A stretch of DNA of 64,000 nucleotides from an uncultured Chloroflexia bacterium. Its GTDB lineage: Bacteria; Chloroflexota; Anaerolineae; CG2-30-64-16. The DNA is taken from positions 1 to 64,000 of the forward strand of contig CAVZDU010000007.1 in NCBI GenBank assembly GCA_963774265.1, read 5' to 3'. The notes below the pieces were generated by a model that saw only the letters and a program-made list of their open reading frames with translations, had not been told where the DNA came from and made no database searches. Positions within the stretch are counted from its first letter, which is position 1. Each line of letters begins with the position of its first letter. Position numbers and translations under genes: made by a program. This document shows positions 53,060-63,581 of the stretch, piece after piece.

Positions 53060-53908
53060 TCACCGGCTGCCTTCGTGTACCATCACGCCGAGCGCGCGCG
53101 GCCCAATGTGGACCGCAAGCGAAGGCGTATAGCCCACGACTGGGAACTCCTGGCGCGGGAACGCGTCTTCCAACCGTTCCAGAAGTTGTGCCGCCTCAGT
53201 CTCGAAGCCGTTGTGCACCAGGTAGAGCTGTTCGATTCGGGAGAACTCGATCACGAAATCGTATAGCTCATCGACCGCGCGGCTGTAGCTGCGGACCTTT
53301 TCCATAGGGATCAGATCGCCGTCTTCCATGGTGGCGAGTGGCTTGAGATCGAGCATCCTGCCGAGCAAAGTCTGGGCGGGGCCCAGGCGCCCCCACGCCT
53401 CCAGGTATTCGAGGGAATCGGAAAAAAACATGGCGTACATGTGCGGGATCATTCCGCGTATAATCTTGACAACCTCGGCTTGGGAAGCCCCCTCGGCTGC
53501 CGCACGCGCCGCGGCTTCTACGATAATGCCCAGTGCCACAGAGGTGGTTTGCGTGTCGAGCACGACGATGCGTTGGCGGCCCATGAAGCCGGATGACGCG
53601 CGTCGTGCAATGTCACCGACGTCGTTAAGCGCGGTGGACGCGTGAATGCACACCACGCTGTCGGTGACCTGGCCCAGCCGCGCAAACAATTGTTGCACTT
53701 GCGCAATTTTGGGTGATTCGACCGACCCACTCTTGCTGTCCTGGCTGAGCCGGCGCATGAACACTTCATCGGTATGGTTAATGCGCTCTGGGTATGTTTG
53801 CTGCCCTAAGCGAACAACCAGTGGAAGCACCTCGATGCCCAATTGAGCGATCGAGGCGGATTGCGGCAGATATGCACTGCTATCCGTGACTATTTTGACC
53901 TGTGCCAC
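53060..53908 (-). CDS. DegV-family fatty-acid-binding protein
   Basis: KIVTDSSAYLP, SLEYL..GR, LKP, HIGP. Confidence 0.88.
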   Translation of the reverse strand: MAQVKIVTDSSAYLPQSASIAQLGIEVLPLVVRLGQQTYPERINHTDEVFMRRLSQDSKSGSVESPKIAQVQQLFARLGQVTDSVVCIHASTALNDVGDIARRASSGFMGRQRIVVLDTQTTSVALGIIVEAAARAAAEGASQAEVVKIIRGMIPHMYAMFFSDSLEYLEAWGRLGPAQTLLGRMLDLKPLATMEDGDLIPMEKVRSYSRAVDELYDFVIEFSRIEQLYLVHNGFETEAAQLLERLEDAFPRQEFPVVGYTPSLAVHIGPRALGVMVHEGSR

Positions 53909-53924
53909 TTCGGCCCTCGTGTTC

Positions 53925-55707
53925 TTACTCGGCGGAAATGATGTAATGATAAAAAGGCTGCCCGCCCTCAACAACCTCAATCTCCTGATCGGGATAGAGC
54001 TCACTCAATACTTTTCGGAGATCATCGGCTTGTTGTGCAGTGACGGGCTCGCCGTAGTACAGCGTGATGACCTCCAGATTGACTGCGTCCATCTGCTCCA
54101 GCAGGCGACGCACCACCTCCTCGGCGCTGCCGCCAGCGATCGTCAATTGGTCGTTAAGCAGGCCGATGATGTCGCCAGACTGGACGTTGATGCCATCGAA
54201 GCGTGCATTTTGCACCGCGACGGTTACCTCGCCGGTGCGTACGTTCTTGGTCGCTGCAGTCATGGCCGTCAGATTGTGCGCCAGGTCGCTGTGCGGGTTG
54301 AGCGCAAGCAGCGCGCTGATGCCCTGGGGAATGCTCCTGCTAGGAACGACCGCAACGTTCTTGCCTTCGCCCGCGGCGAGCGCCTGCGCCTGGCTGGCTG
54401 CCATGATGATGTTGCTGTTGTTCGGCAGCAACAGCACGTCGGACACGGGCAGCCGGCGGATTGCCTCCAGCAGGTCCTGCGTGCTCGGGTTCATGGTCTG
54501 TCCGCCAGCGATGACGCAGTGCGTGCCTAGGCTCTTGAATACCTTCGCCAGGCCTATGCCGGGTGCAACAGCTACCACACCCGGCCCTTCGATCGCATCG
54601 GTGTCACATCCAACCGGCGACGGCTCGCTGATGGCCGCGCTCGGTTTGGGAATCATCCCGGAGGGATTCGAAGCGTGGGGGCAGGGGGTCATAACCCGCT
54701 GGCATGTCGGGAAGCTGCATATCGTCCATGTTTTCCACGACGACGTCAGAGACGAAGCCAAGACCGATCGCGTAGGCTAACGGTACGCCGGGATTGGGCA
54801 CGTGAACATGCACCTTGACCAGGGTCTCATCGCCTTCGACGAGGGGACAGTCGCCCATCGCGGTAATCCGCTCGCGGATGGCTCCCACATCCAGGTCCTG
54901 AGCCTCGACAAGGAACTGCACGTCGAAACCGTAAACCAGGGGCGGCAGTTCTCGTTTACCCTTTACCGGCCGGGGCGCCGCAGCCGGTGCGGCGGTCACC
55001 GCAGCAACGCCCTCGGCAGCGACCGAGACGCCGCTGACCTCGCGATAGATACCCTCAAGGATGTAAAAAAGACCCTTACCGCCGCTATCGACCTTGCCGG
55101 CTCGTGCAAGCACGGGTAGTAGATTCGGCGTGTTTGCCACCGCGCGATCTGCCGCACGGACGGTCTGCGCAAGCACTGAGGAGAGGTCAGCATCGGTTTC
55201 GGCCGCACTTTCAGCAGCCGCTGCCGCCTCGCGGGCGACGGTCAGGATTGTACCCTCGACGGGGCGGTTGACGCCCTTGTAGGCAACACGGCTGCCCTCG
55301 GCCAGCGCCGCAGCGAACGCAGGGCCGGTGAGCATCACGTGCTCGGCCAGGCTCTTGGACATGCCGCGCAAGATCTGTGAAAGGATCACACCCGAGTTGC
55401 CGCGCGCGCCCATCAGCGCGCCGTGCGCGGCGGCCTTGACGACATCGCCCACAGTCGCAGTGTGTTCCTCCGTGACTTCCCGGCAGGCAGACTTCATGGT
55501 CAACAGCATGTTCGTGCCGGTGTCGCCGTCTGGGACCGGAAACACGTTTAGCGCGTTGACGATCTCATGGTGTTGCTCCAGCCAGGATTGCGCCGCATAG
55601 AGTAATTCGCGGAAACGCGGTCCCGCGACAGCTGACTGTGCGCCGCGTTCAGTCCCGGCCTCGGGGTCACCAGGGGTCGCCTGGGCGGGACGATTGTTTA
55701 CTGCCAA
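53925..55707 (-). CDS. DAK2-domain fatty acid kinase (FakA/YloV-like; frameshift near 54620)
   Basis: LNVFPVPDGDTGTNM, ARGNSGVILSQ, GGQTMNPS, GGQP.Y motifs. Confidence 0.92.
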
Positions 55708-55748
55708 CGTACGATTCCTCCGCAATTAGGCATCCTAAAACAGGAAAA

Positions 55749-56105
55749 TCAGTCGCCGTTGGGCATACGCAAGCCCTGGACGTGCACATTTACCTCAGCC
55801 ACTGGCACGCCGAGCGCTTGCTCCAACGCATACTGTACCCCGTGCATCACACCATGAGCCACTTCCGAGATGCGCGTGCCGTATTGGACGATGACGTAGA
55901 GGTCCACGATGATCTCCCCGTCTCGCACGCGAACGTCAACCCCGCGGCCCCAGCGGTCGGGCTGGAGCAGATCCGCGATACCGTCGATCAAATTCTTATT
56001 GGCCATGCCCACCACGCCATAACAGCGCAGGACGGCCTCACCGGCAAGGGTTGCGATCGCCTGGGGCGAGATTTCGATTCTGCCCGGTTGTCTCTCCTCA
56101 GTCAT
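55749..56105 (-). CDS. Asp23/Gls24 family protein (YloU-like)
   Basis: CYGVVGMA, YGTRISEVA, VNVHVQG; upstream of the DAK2 gene. Confidence 0.9.
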   Translation of the reverse strand: MTEERQPGRIEISPQAIATLAGEAVLRCYGVVGMANKNLIDGIADLLQPDRWGRGVDVRVRDGEIIVDLYVIVQYGTRISEVAHGVMHGVQYALEQALGVPVAEVNVHVQGLRMPNGD

Positions 56106-56134
56106 ACCATGCCCTTTCTCAGTGACAGTCAGTT

Positions 56135-56163
56135 TTGCACAACTGGTCGCCATGTGGTACTAT
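56135..56163 (+). promoter_or_regulatory. Putative promoter of rpmB
   Basis: TTGCAC-17 nt-TACTAT with TG extension. Confidence 0.55.
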
Positions 56164-56242
56164 GGCGTTACTTGTGGCCGGGCCCTCCTAGGTTGGCTCG
56201 GTCAACGTTTGTCAGGACATCGAGCACTAGTGGGGGTATCAC

Positions 56243-56425
56243 ATGGCCAAGTGTGAAGTTTGCGGCAAGGGGCCACAGTTTGGGCACAATGTCAGCCATT
56301 CCATGCGCCACACCAAGCGCATCTGGAAACCCAACGTTCAGCGCATGCGCCTGCCGGTAGACGGTGTCGAGCGGAAGGTGTACATCTGCACGAACTGCAT
56401 CAAGACGATGCAGAAACCTGCCTGA
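56243..56425 (+). CDS. rpmB: 50S ribosomal protein L28
   Basis: CEVCGKGPQFGHNVSHS...TKRIWKPNVQ...CTNC. Confidence 0.97.
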   Translation: MAKCEVCGKGPQFGHNVSHSMRHTKRIWKPNVQRMRLPVDGVERKVYICTNCIKTMQKPA

Positions 56426-56450
56426 GACGCTCTTGCAAAAGATGCACGCG

Positions 56451-56479
56451 GCCGGCGACATCGCCGGCTGTTTGCTTTT
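56451..56479. terminator. Hairpin between convergent rpmB and rpe
   Basis: GCCGGCGA-CA-TCGCCGGC followed by a T-rich tract. Confidence 0.55.
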
Positions 56480-57146
56480 AATGAGCCGGCGATGTCGCTG
56501 ATTGCCTGAGCGCGCTGATGCCCCCAGCGACACCGTCTTTGTGTTTGAACACAGCCGTACCGGCGACTAGCACGTTGGCGCCAGCCCCTACGACCTCGGC
56601 CGCAGTGTCCTCCTCAATGCCCCCATCCACCTCAATATCGATCTCACGCCCAATCTTTCGGATCATCTCCCGTAACCGAGCGATCTTGTCGGTCATGGTG
56701 GGAATGTAGGTCTGCCCGCCGAAGCCTGGGTTGACAGACATGATCAGCACCTGGTCGACGTAAGGCAGAATCTCGGACACCGTGTCGAGAGAAGTAGCAG
56801 GGTTAAGGGTGACGCTTGGCAGCGCGCCCAACTCGCGTATCTGTTGGACCGCGCGGTGCAGATGGGCGCACGCTTCGACGTGAATGGTGAGGATCGATGC
56901 GCCGGCCTGCGCGAAGTCCGCCAGGTAGCGCTCGGGTGCGGCGATCATCAGATGGACATCTAGCGGCAGCCGTGTGACTTTCTTCAGCGCAGCCACGACG
57001 GGCAAGCCGATGCTGATGTTGGGTACAAACTGGCCATCCATCACGTCGACATGTATGTAGTCGGCCCCGCCGGCTTCGGCGGCCTGGACTGCCTCTCCCA
57101 GATGGGCGAAATCGGCGGCAAGAATGGACGGCGCAATCTTAATCAT
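56478..57146 (-). CDS. rpe: Ribulose-phosphate 3-epimerase
   Basis: IAPSILAADF, HVDVMDG, MSVNPGFGGQ, EVDGG. Confidence 0.96.
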   Translation of the reverse strand: MIKIAPSILAADFAHLGEAVQAAEAGGADYIHVDVMDGQFVPNISIGLPVVAALKKVTRLPLDVHLMIAAPERYLADFAQAGASILTIHVEACAHLHRAVQQIRELGALPSVTLNPATSLDTVSEILPYVDQVLIMSVNPGFGGQTYIPTMTDKIARLREMIRKIGREIDIEVDGGIEEDTAAEVVGAGANVLVAGTAVFKHKDGVAGGISALRQSATSPAH

Positions 57147-57383
57147 CACTTTCCCCTGTGGCAGGCACACGCCTTCGTGTGCTGCATATTCACTAAACGT
57201 CACATAGTAGAGCCGAACACATATGGTCCGGCTCAAAGCTCGCACAATAATACAATGGAACTCCCCAATTCGCAAAGGGATGCGTACGAAACTTTTGGGG
57301 CAGGCATGCGTAGAGAAAGGTAGTGTCAGGCAATGGGACGGCGCGACGCGTCGTCATCGCCGGAGATTTTTGGGGAGGGCACC

Positions 57384-57878
57384 ATGACCGAGGAACCGAA
57401 GGTTGAAGAGACAATGGGTGAAACACCCATGAGCGAAGAACCCAAAGTCGAGCAGAACATCGCGGACGAGCTCGAGCGGCTGGGCCAACAGCTAGCCAGA
57501 ACGGCGAAGGCTGCGTGGGAAAGCGACGAGCGCAAAAAGCTGCAGACGGAGATCACGACGGGCGTGCAGCGCTTCGGTCAAGAAGTCGGCGCGGCGTTTG
57601 AAAAGGCCACGGCGAGCGATCAGGCCAAGGAGCTTCGCACTCGTGCTGAGAAGGTCGCCACGGATGTCCAGAAGACCGATGTCGTCGATGAAGTGCGTAA
57701 GGGTCTCCTGGTGGGACTTGAGGCCATTAATCGCGAGCTCGGCAAGTTACTGGAGCGGCTAGAGCCGAAGGCGGGGGAGACCGAGGTGGGCGAGCAGTTG
57801 ATGGATCTGGCTGTAGGCGATACAGTTGAGGGGCTGGAGACGCCAGCCGCGCCGGAGGAGGCGCAGCCGTTCGAATAA
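57384..57878 (+). CDS. Hypothetical acidic helical protein (start uncertain)
   Basis: RBS plus ORF with genome-typical codon usage; ELERLGQQL...AAWESDERK. Confidence 0.65.
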   Translation: MTEEPKVEETMGETPMSEEPKVEQNIADELERLGQQLARTAKAAWESDERKKLQTEITTGVQRFGQEVGAAFEKATASDQAKELRTRAEKVATDVQKTDVVDEVRKGLLVGLEAINRELGKLLERLEPKAGETEVGEQLMDLAVGDTVEGLETPAAPEEAQPFE

Positions 57879-57967
57879 GTGCCAGTCCAGAGCTAAGAAA
57901 CTGAGAGCCAGCACGCCTGGGCATCAGCCCGACGCGCTGGCTCTCTTCGTCTATCCGCAGGAGGAGC

Positions 57968-58792
57968 ATGACGATCAATCAACGCATCGCATTCATTGGT
58001 GGCGGACACATCACGGAGATCATCCTGCATCGTTTGCAACAGGGGCACGTGATGCCACCGGCGCGAATCATCGTGAGCGATCGTGACGAGGGGCGTCTGC
58101 ACTACCTGGAAGGGCTTTTCGGGATAGAGGCCACGCTGGACAATGTGATCGCCGCGCAGCGTGGGGACCTGATCTTCATCAACTTGCGGCCGCAAGCCGT
58201 GGCCGTGGTCCTGCCCGATCTACAGATAGCGCGGTTACGCACAGACCAGGTCGTGATCTCACTGGCCGCGGGAATCCCGTTAAGCCGTTACGCTCCACTG
58301 GGAGAGCTTCAGCCCCTGGTCAGGGCTCTGCCCAATCCACCCAGCCAAATCGGGCAAGGGATCGCTGCCCTGGTTTACAGTCCGCAGGTCACTGCCGAAC
58401 AGCGCCAAAACGTGCGATCCCTGTTTGACGCGCTGGGCCAGGTCGTGGAGGTAGATGAATCCTATCTCAACGTGATCACGTCGCTTAGCAGCCCGGTGGC
58501 AACGCACCTGTTTTTTCAAGCGCTGATTGACGCTGGCGTTCGTTGTGGCCTGCCGCGCTCGGTGTCCACCCAGGTGGCCAGCCAGACGATCATCGGGTCG
58601 ATGGGTATGTGGCAAGCGCGCAACGCGCCACCCTACGACCTTATCAGCGAAGCGAGCACACCAGGCGGCATCTCAGTGGAGAGTCTGTACGCGCTGGAAG
58701 AACATGCGTTTAAGGCTGCCATCATGGATGCAATCGCCAGAGGTGCGGATCGAGCCAAGGCGCTGGGGCAGGAGTCCGCCGGTCCCGGATAA
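57968..58792 (+). CDS. proC: Pyrroline-5-carboxylate reductase family protein
   Basis: IAFIGGG, ISLAAGI, RALPN, STPGG. Confidence 0.8.
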   Translation: MTINQRIAFIGGGHITEIILHRLQQGHVMPPARIIVSDRDEGRLHYLEGLFGIEATLDNVIAAQRGDLIFINLRPQAVAVVLPDLQIARLRTDQVVISLAAGIPLSRYAPLGELQPLVRALPNPPSQIGQGIAALVYSPQVTAEQRQNVRSLFDALGQVVEVDESYLNVITSLSSPVATHLFFQALIDAGVRCGLPRSVSTQVASQTIIGSMGMWQARNAPPYDLISEASTPGGISVESLYALEEHAFKAAIMDAIARGADRAKALGQESAGPG

Positions 58793-58803
58793 TGAGATGG
58801 AGC

Positions 58804-60225
58804 TTATTGCTCCGCCATCTGCTGAAACACGTTCCAACTCGCCTTTGCCAGGTCCTGCATCGTCGGGTTGGAGTAGGCCCACTCCAGCCACGTGGGGCGG
58901 TAGAGGAAGACGGTCAGGATGTAGGGCCCGGCGGGACCCCAGATCGCCGCGACGTCACCGTGGGTGTCAGGCACATAGCCGTGTTTGTGGACGGCCTTAG
59001 CGTCCTTTGGCAAACCGCCGACCAGCAGTTCGGTCATTTCGTTGAACGACATGAAGTGAAGCGCCTGCTGGCACTCCTCAGGTGTGATCTGGTCGCCATA
59101 GACTGCGATCAGCGTGCCGCCGCCTTCGCTGCACGCAACGAGCATCTGGAGCGCGCTGCCGATGTCGCGTGGGGTGGTCTGCATATAAGGGTCGGGTTCC
59201 GTATTGATGTGTGTGCGCTGGTTCGCCTCAGTCACGATCCGCGGGGTGACGGCCAGCTTGCGGTCGTAGGGGGTGGCCATGAAGGTGTTCTTCATGTCCA
59301 GCGTCTTGAACGACCGATTCATCTCCGCAACGCCCGCATCCCAGTCCCCATTGCCGATCAAGCCGAGCATGAGGTTCGCGGTGAAGTTGCCGCTGTGCAT
59401 CATCGTTTCGCTGATGATTTTGCTCGTCTCGATCCCGGGCGGGGCGTCCAGCTTTCGGTAAAGCTGGGTGAGGATGGGAATTTTGAGGGTGCTCGTCCCC
59501 GCATAGGCCACGTCCGCGTTGATGGCAATCTCCTCACCGGTGGGCAGGTAGTGCAGCCAGACGCTGCCGATGCCGGGGAACTCGTCGAGCCGGGCTTGTA
59601 GCAGGGAGCCGAGAGCCTCAACACCGATCGGGAGCGGCGGGGTTTCCTTGACCGGCAACCGCACCGTGCGACTGCTGGGGTTCGCCAGTGCGGCCAGGAT
59701 GGCCGTCTTGGCGCCCGAGCGTTCCGTCTCCAGGCCAGGCTTGCCGGGCGTCAGTGTGAGCGATTCGAGCACCGGGATGGGCGCGCCCGGCGCTCGATCG
59801 TGCGTTGCGATCATCTCGTCGAGCCAGGTCTCCAGCGCCGCGTCGTCATAGCTGAACTTGAGCGGGATTTCGAGGGTGCGTGGAGTGCGCTCCAGCGAGT
59901 TCTCGACCAGGTACCGCACGAGGTGATTCGGCAGATCCAGGGCTTGCGCCTCTTTTATCATGGCGTATGGGTCGACCTGGAAACCGACGGTCTCGGGGCG
60001 GAGGACAAGGCGCTCATCGCCGTGGAGTAGTTCGAGCGGCTCGTCCAGCCCTCGCGTCAGGGAGACGATGGCTTCGCTCTCGGTCGCGCCGTGCACTTCC
60101 AGCCCACCAATACGCACCCACGCCGGCACCACGCCAGCCGTGCGGCGATAGCGGATGTACGGCAATGCGAGCAGAGCAACCGCAACCAGAAACAGGATCA
60201 GCAGAACGCGAAGGACTCTACGCAT
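58804..60225 (-). CDS. Membrane-anchored serine hydrolase (class A beta-lactamase-like fold) with VanW-type peptidoglycan-binding region
   Basis: N-terminal TM segment; SxxK (STLK), SxN (SGN) and HKHG motifs. Confidence 0.78.
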   Translation of the reverse strand: MRRVLRVLLILFLVAVALLALPYIRYRRTAGVVPAWVRIGGLEVHGATESEAIVSLTRGLDEPLELLHGDERLVLRPETVGFQVDPYAMIKEAQALDLPNHLVRYLVENSLERTPRTLEIPLKFSYDDAALETWLDEMIATHDRAPGAPIPVLESLTLTPGKPGLETERSGAKTAILAALANPSSRTVRLPVKETPPLPIGVEALGSLLQARLDEFPGIGSVWLHYLPTGEEIAINADVAYAGTSTLKIPILTQLYRKLDAPPGIETSKIISETMMHSGNFTANLMLGLIGNGDWDAGVAEMNRSFKTLDMKNTFMATPYDRKLAVTPRIVTEANQRTHINTEPDPYMQTTPRDIGSALQMLVACSEGGGTLIAVYGDQITPEECQQALHFMSFNEMTELLVGGLPKDAKAVHKHGYVPDTHGDVAAIWGPAGPYILTVFLYRPTWLEWAYSNPTMQDLAKASWNVFQQMAEQ

Positions 60226-61787
60226 CTACTCCCATTCGATGGTCGCGGGCGGCTTGGAACTCACATCATAGACGACGCGATTCACACCGGCGACCTCGTT
60301 GACGATACGGTTGCTGACACGGGCGAGCAGATCGTACGGAAGCCGCGCCCAATCCGCGGTCATAAAATCATCGGTAGTGACCGCGCGGATGGCCGCCGTG
60401 TCGGCATAGGTGCGGCCGTCGCCCATGACTCCCACCGAACGAACCGGCAGCAGCACCACGAACGACTGCGACACAGAGCGATACAGGCCGGCCGCGCGCA
60501 GTTCTTCGAGCAGGATCGCGTCGGCATGACGCAAAGTCTCCAGCCGTTCCCAGGTCACTTCGCCAATGATGCGGATGGCCAGGCCGGGGCCGGGGAAAGG
60601 ATGGCGCCAGACGATCTCCTCGGGCAGACCAAGCGCTTCGCCGACCACGCGGACCTCGTCCTTGAACAGGCTGCGCAGCGGCTCGATGAGTCGGAACTGC
60701 ATGTCCTCAGGCAGGCCGCCGACGTTGTGATGCGTTTTGATCGTGTGCGCGGTGCGCTGCTCGCCCCGGCTGGCCGATTCGATGACATCGGGATAGAGGG
60801 TGCCTTGTGCCAGGAACGTGGCTCGTTCGCCTTCCGTTTCTGCGGCTTTGGCCGCGGCAGCCTCAAACACGTGCGCACGAAACGCGTCCCTATGCGCTTC
60901 CGTTTTTGTTCGGGATCGGCGACGCCGGCCAGGTCGGCGAGGAATTCCTCAACCGCATTAACCGCGATGAGATGCATGCCCATGTGGCGTTGGAAGGTCT
61001 CTACAACCTGTGCCGCTTCGCCCAGGCGCAACAGCCCGTGGTCCACGAACACGCAGGTGAGTTGATCGCCCACCGCGCGTTGGACCAGAGAGGCCGTCAC
61101 CGCCGAATCTACGCCACCACTCAGCCCGCAGATGACGCGCGCGTTGCCGATCTGCTCCCGGATCGTGCTCTCGGCGTCTGCGATCAGGTTCGCCGCAGTC
61201 CAGTCGGGACGGCATCCGCAAATATCCAGTACGAAGTTGTGCAGCAGGGCCTTTCCCTGGGGCGTGTGCTGCACCTCGGGGTGAAATTGGACACCATAGA
61301 CCCCGACCGCGGGATCGCCCATCGCCGCTACTGAGGATGGCGTGACCCCCAATGGCGTGAATGAAGGCGGCAGAGCCACGACGTGATCGCCGTGGCTCAT
61401 CCACACATTCAGTTCGAGCGGCAGACCGCGTAGGAGCGGTGCGTCTTCCGCCACAATAGTCATACTGGCCTGGCCGTACTCGTGGCGTTCGGAGGGATCG
61501 ACGCGTCCACCGAGGTTGTGCGCCAGGAGCTGCATACCGTAGCAGATGCCGAGCACCGGTTTGCCCGACCCGAGCACGAACTCGGGGAGGCGTGGGGCAT
61601 CGGGGGCATAAACGCTGGCCGGGCCGCCGGAAAGGATGAAACCCCTCGGGTTCAGGTTTGCGAAACGCTCGGATGGCGCGTCCCAGGGGAGTAGCTCACA
61701 GTAGACGTGCAGCTCACGCACCCGGCGAGCGATGAGCTGAGCGGTCTGCGACCCATAGTCGAGGATGGCGATGGCGTCGTGTTTCAT
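60226..61787 (-). CDS. guaA: GMP synthase (frameshift near 60870)
   Basis: [38 protein letters not shown]. Confidence 0.97.
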
Positions 61788-62356
61788 TCTTCCAGGGTGA
61801 TCTTGCCGTTATCCATGGCCGTAATCACGGCCAGGGTTTCGATCGGCACCTCGAGGTCGGCCAGGGCCTCGCGACCGCCCTCGAAGCGTTTTTCGATCAC
61901 CGCGCCGATGCCAATCAACTGCGCACCGGAATTCTGAACCAGGCGCACCAGTGCGCGGATGGTCTCTCCGCGCGCCAGGAAATCATCGATCACCAGAACG
62001 TGATCGCGGGGGCCGAGAAACTCGGGGGAGATCATCAACTCAGTCATTACGCCCTTGGTGTGCGACGGTGCGGAGGCGGTCATGGCGTTGGGGTGCATGG
62101 TGACCGGCTTGGTCTTGCGCGCGTAGACGACGGGAATCCCCAGGGCCAGGGCTGTGGTGAGCGCAGGCGCGATGCCGCTGATCTCCGCGGTCACAATCTT
62201 GTTGGCGCCCAGGTGAGCGAAACGCGCTGCGAGCGCGCCACCGACAGCGAGCATCAGCGCCGGGTCCACCTGGTGATTAATGAAGCTGTCAACTTTCAGA
62301 ATGCCTTTTCCGAGGTTGACGCCGTCGCGACGGATTCGATCCTTCAGAAGTTCCAT
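61784..62356 (-). CDS. xpt: Xanthine phosphoribosyltransferase
   Basis: [28 protein letters not shown]. Confidence 0.94.
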   Translation of the reverse strand: MELLKDRIRRDGVNLGKGILKVDSFINHQVDPALMLAVGGALAARFAHLGANKIVTAEISGIAPALTTALALGIPVVYARKTKPVTMHPNAMTASAPSHTKGVMTELMISPEFLGPRDHVLVIDDFLARGETIRALVRLVQNSGAQLIGIGAVIEKRFEGGREALADLEVPIETLAVITAMDNGKITLEE

Positions 62357-62389
62357 CGGGGTACTCCTTCCCGTGCGGTGCTAAAACGC

Positions 62390-62418
62390 ATTGTAGGCTG
62401 TCGGGTCAAAAAGGGCAA
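62390..62418 (-). promoter_or_regulatory. Putative promoter of xpt-guaA
   Basis: TTGCCC-17 nt-TACAAT on the minus strand. Confidence 0.55.
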
Positions 62419-62484
62419 AACGAGCAGGCAAATCGCGAGGAACGACGTGCGGCCACAGCTTGCAAGATGCGCCAGATGCCCGCG

Positions 62485-63462
62485 TTATCTACGCCAATGG
62501 ATTTCGGGCCGGCGCCAGTTCCGCAGGCGCCAGATCCAGCCTGCAGGGTAGCCGATCATCTTTGCTACGTCACCCAAGCCGCGAATGGCGGGAACCAGGA
62601 GTATGGCACGGAGCCGCTCCCGCGGGGCGAGGCCCGGCAAGCGTTTGCGAAGGCGCCGGAATGGCGTCCTGCAGTAGGCGATCAATCCTGCGAGGAGGCC
62701 GAGCAGCCACCAGGGTTTGTGGAAAAGGCCAAGCCCGATCAAACCGGGAAGGGCGACCAAATATGTGACATAACGTATCAAGTGTCGTTTGCGCCACAAG
62801 TCTGCCTTACCATCTCCACGGGCATAGCGATAGTACTGTTTTGCGAAGGCTCTGGCCGAGCTCCTGGGGCGAAAGTGTGCCACAGCCGCCGGCGCCCACG
62901 CCAACGATCCCACCTCATCGCGCAAACGGAAATCGAAGATCAAATCCTCACAGTAGTCCAGCCACTCGGGATACCCGCCGGTTGCCTGCCATGCCTCTTT
63001 GGTGAACGCCACGGATCGGCTGGAGGGCAGGAAAGTGGCAGGGTCCACGTCTTCCACGTCCGGCAACACGGTCGCGCCCATGGCGACTTCGTAGGTCGTG
63101 TGCGGATCGCTCACGAAGAAACCTGCGGAGGCCCGAGCATCGCTGTTCACGAGCGGGCTTACCAGCTCGGCCAGCCACTGCGGCTCCAGTCGCACGCCCG
63201 CATCGGTGGCCGCGATGATTTCCCCCATTGCTGCGGCGATGGCGACGTTGCGACCGCGGGAGATGTTGGCGCCGTGCTCGATGAGCACGCGCACGCGCAG
63301 GCGGTCGCGATATTCGTCGATGACCGCCACCGTGTTATCACGCGAGCCGCCATCGACGAAGACTACCTCGTCCGGGGGGCGCGTTTGGGCGACCAGGGAG
63401 TCCATGAGGCGACGGATCGATTCACCTTCATTGAGGACCGTGCAGATGACTGAAACTTGCAT
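62485..63462 (-). CDS. Glycosyltransferase family 2 with C-terminal membrane segments
   Basis: VLNE, VDGGSRDNT, GRN, TDA, GGY...ED, YARGDG. Confidence 0.9.
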   Translation of the reverse strand: MQVSVICTVLNEGESIRRLMDSLVAQTRPPDEVVFVDGGSRDNTVAVIDEYRDRLRVRVLIEHGANISRGRNVAIAAAMGEIIAATDAGVRLEPQWLAELVSPLVNSDARASAGFFVSDPHTTYEVAMGATVLPDVEDVDPATFLPSSRSVAFTKEAWQATGGYPEWLDYCEDLIFDFRLRDEVGSLAWAPAAVAHFRPRSSARAFAKQYYRYARGDGKADLWRKRHLIRYVTYLVALPGLIGLGLFHKPWWLLGLLAGLIAYCRTPFRRLRKRLPGLAPRERLRAILLVPAIRGLGDVAKMIGYPAGWIWRLRNWRRPEIHWRR

Positions 63463-63581
63463 GATGTGCGGGCCTGTCACGTAGGATAGGTTACGGTTGA
63501 AATGCCAAAAACCGATGATAATTATATCCACGTAAGGTGGTATCGGCAACGCCGACGGAAAAGGTAAAGGGGAGTGAAGAA

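Noticed and set aside
58804-60225. Acquired beta-lactam resistance gene
   Set aside because: The protein is membrane-anchored with a peptidoglycan-binding region, sits in a housekeeping operon and has no mobile context. It is more likely a cell-wall peptidase.
62357-62484. Purine riboswitch upstream of xpt-guaA
   Set aside because: The predicted promoter lies only ~30 nt from the start codon, and no purine aptamer consensus is visible.
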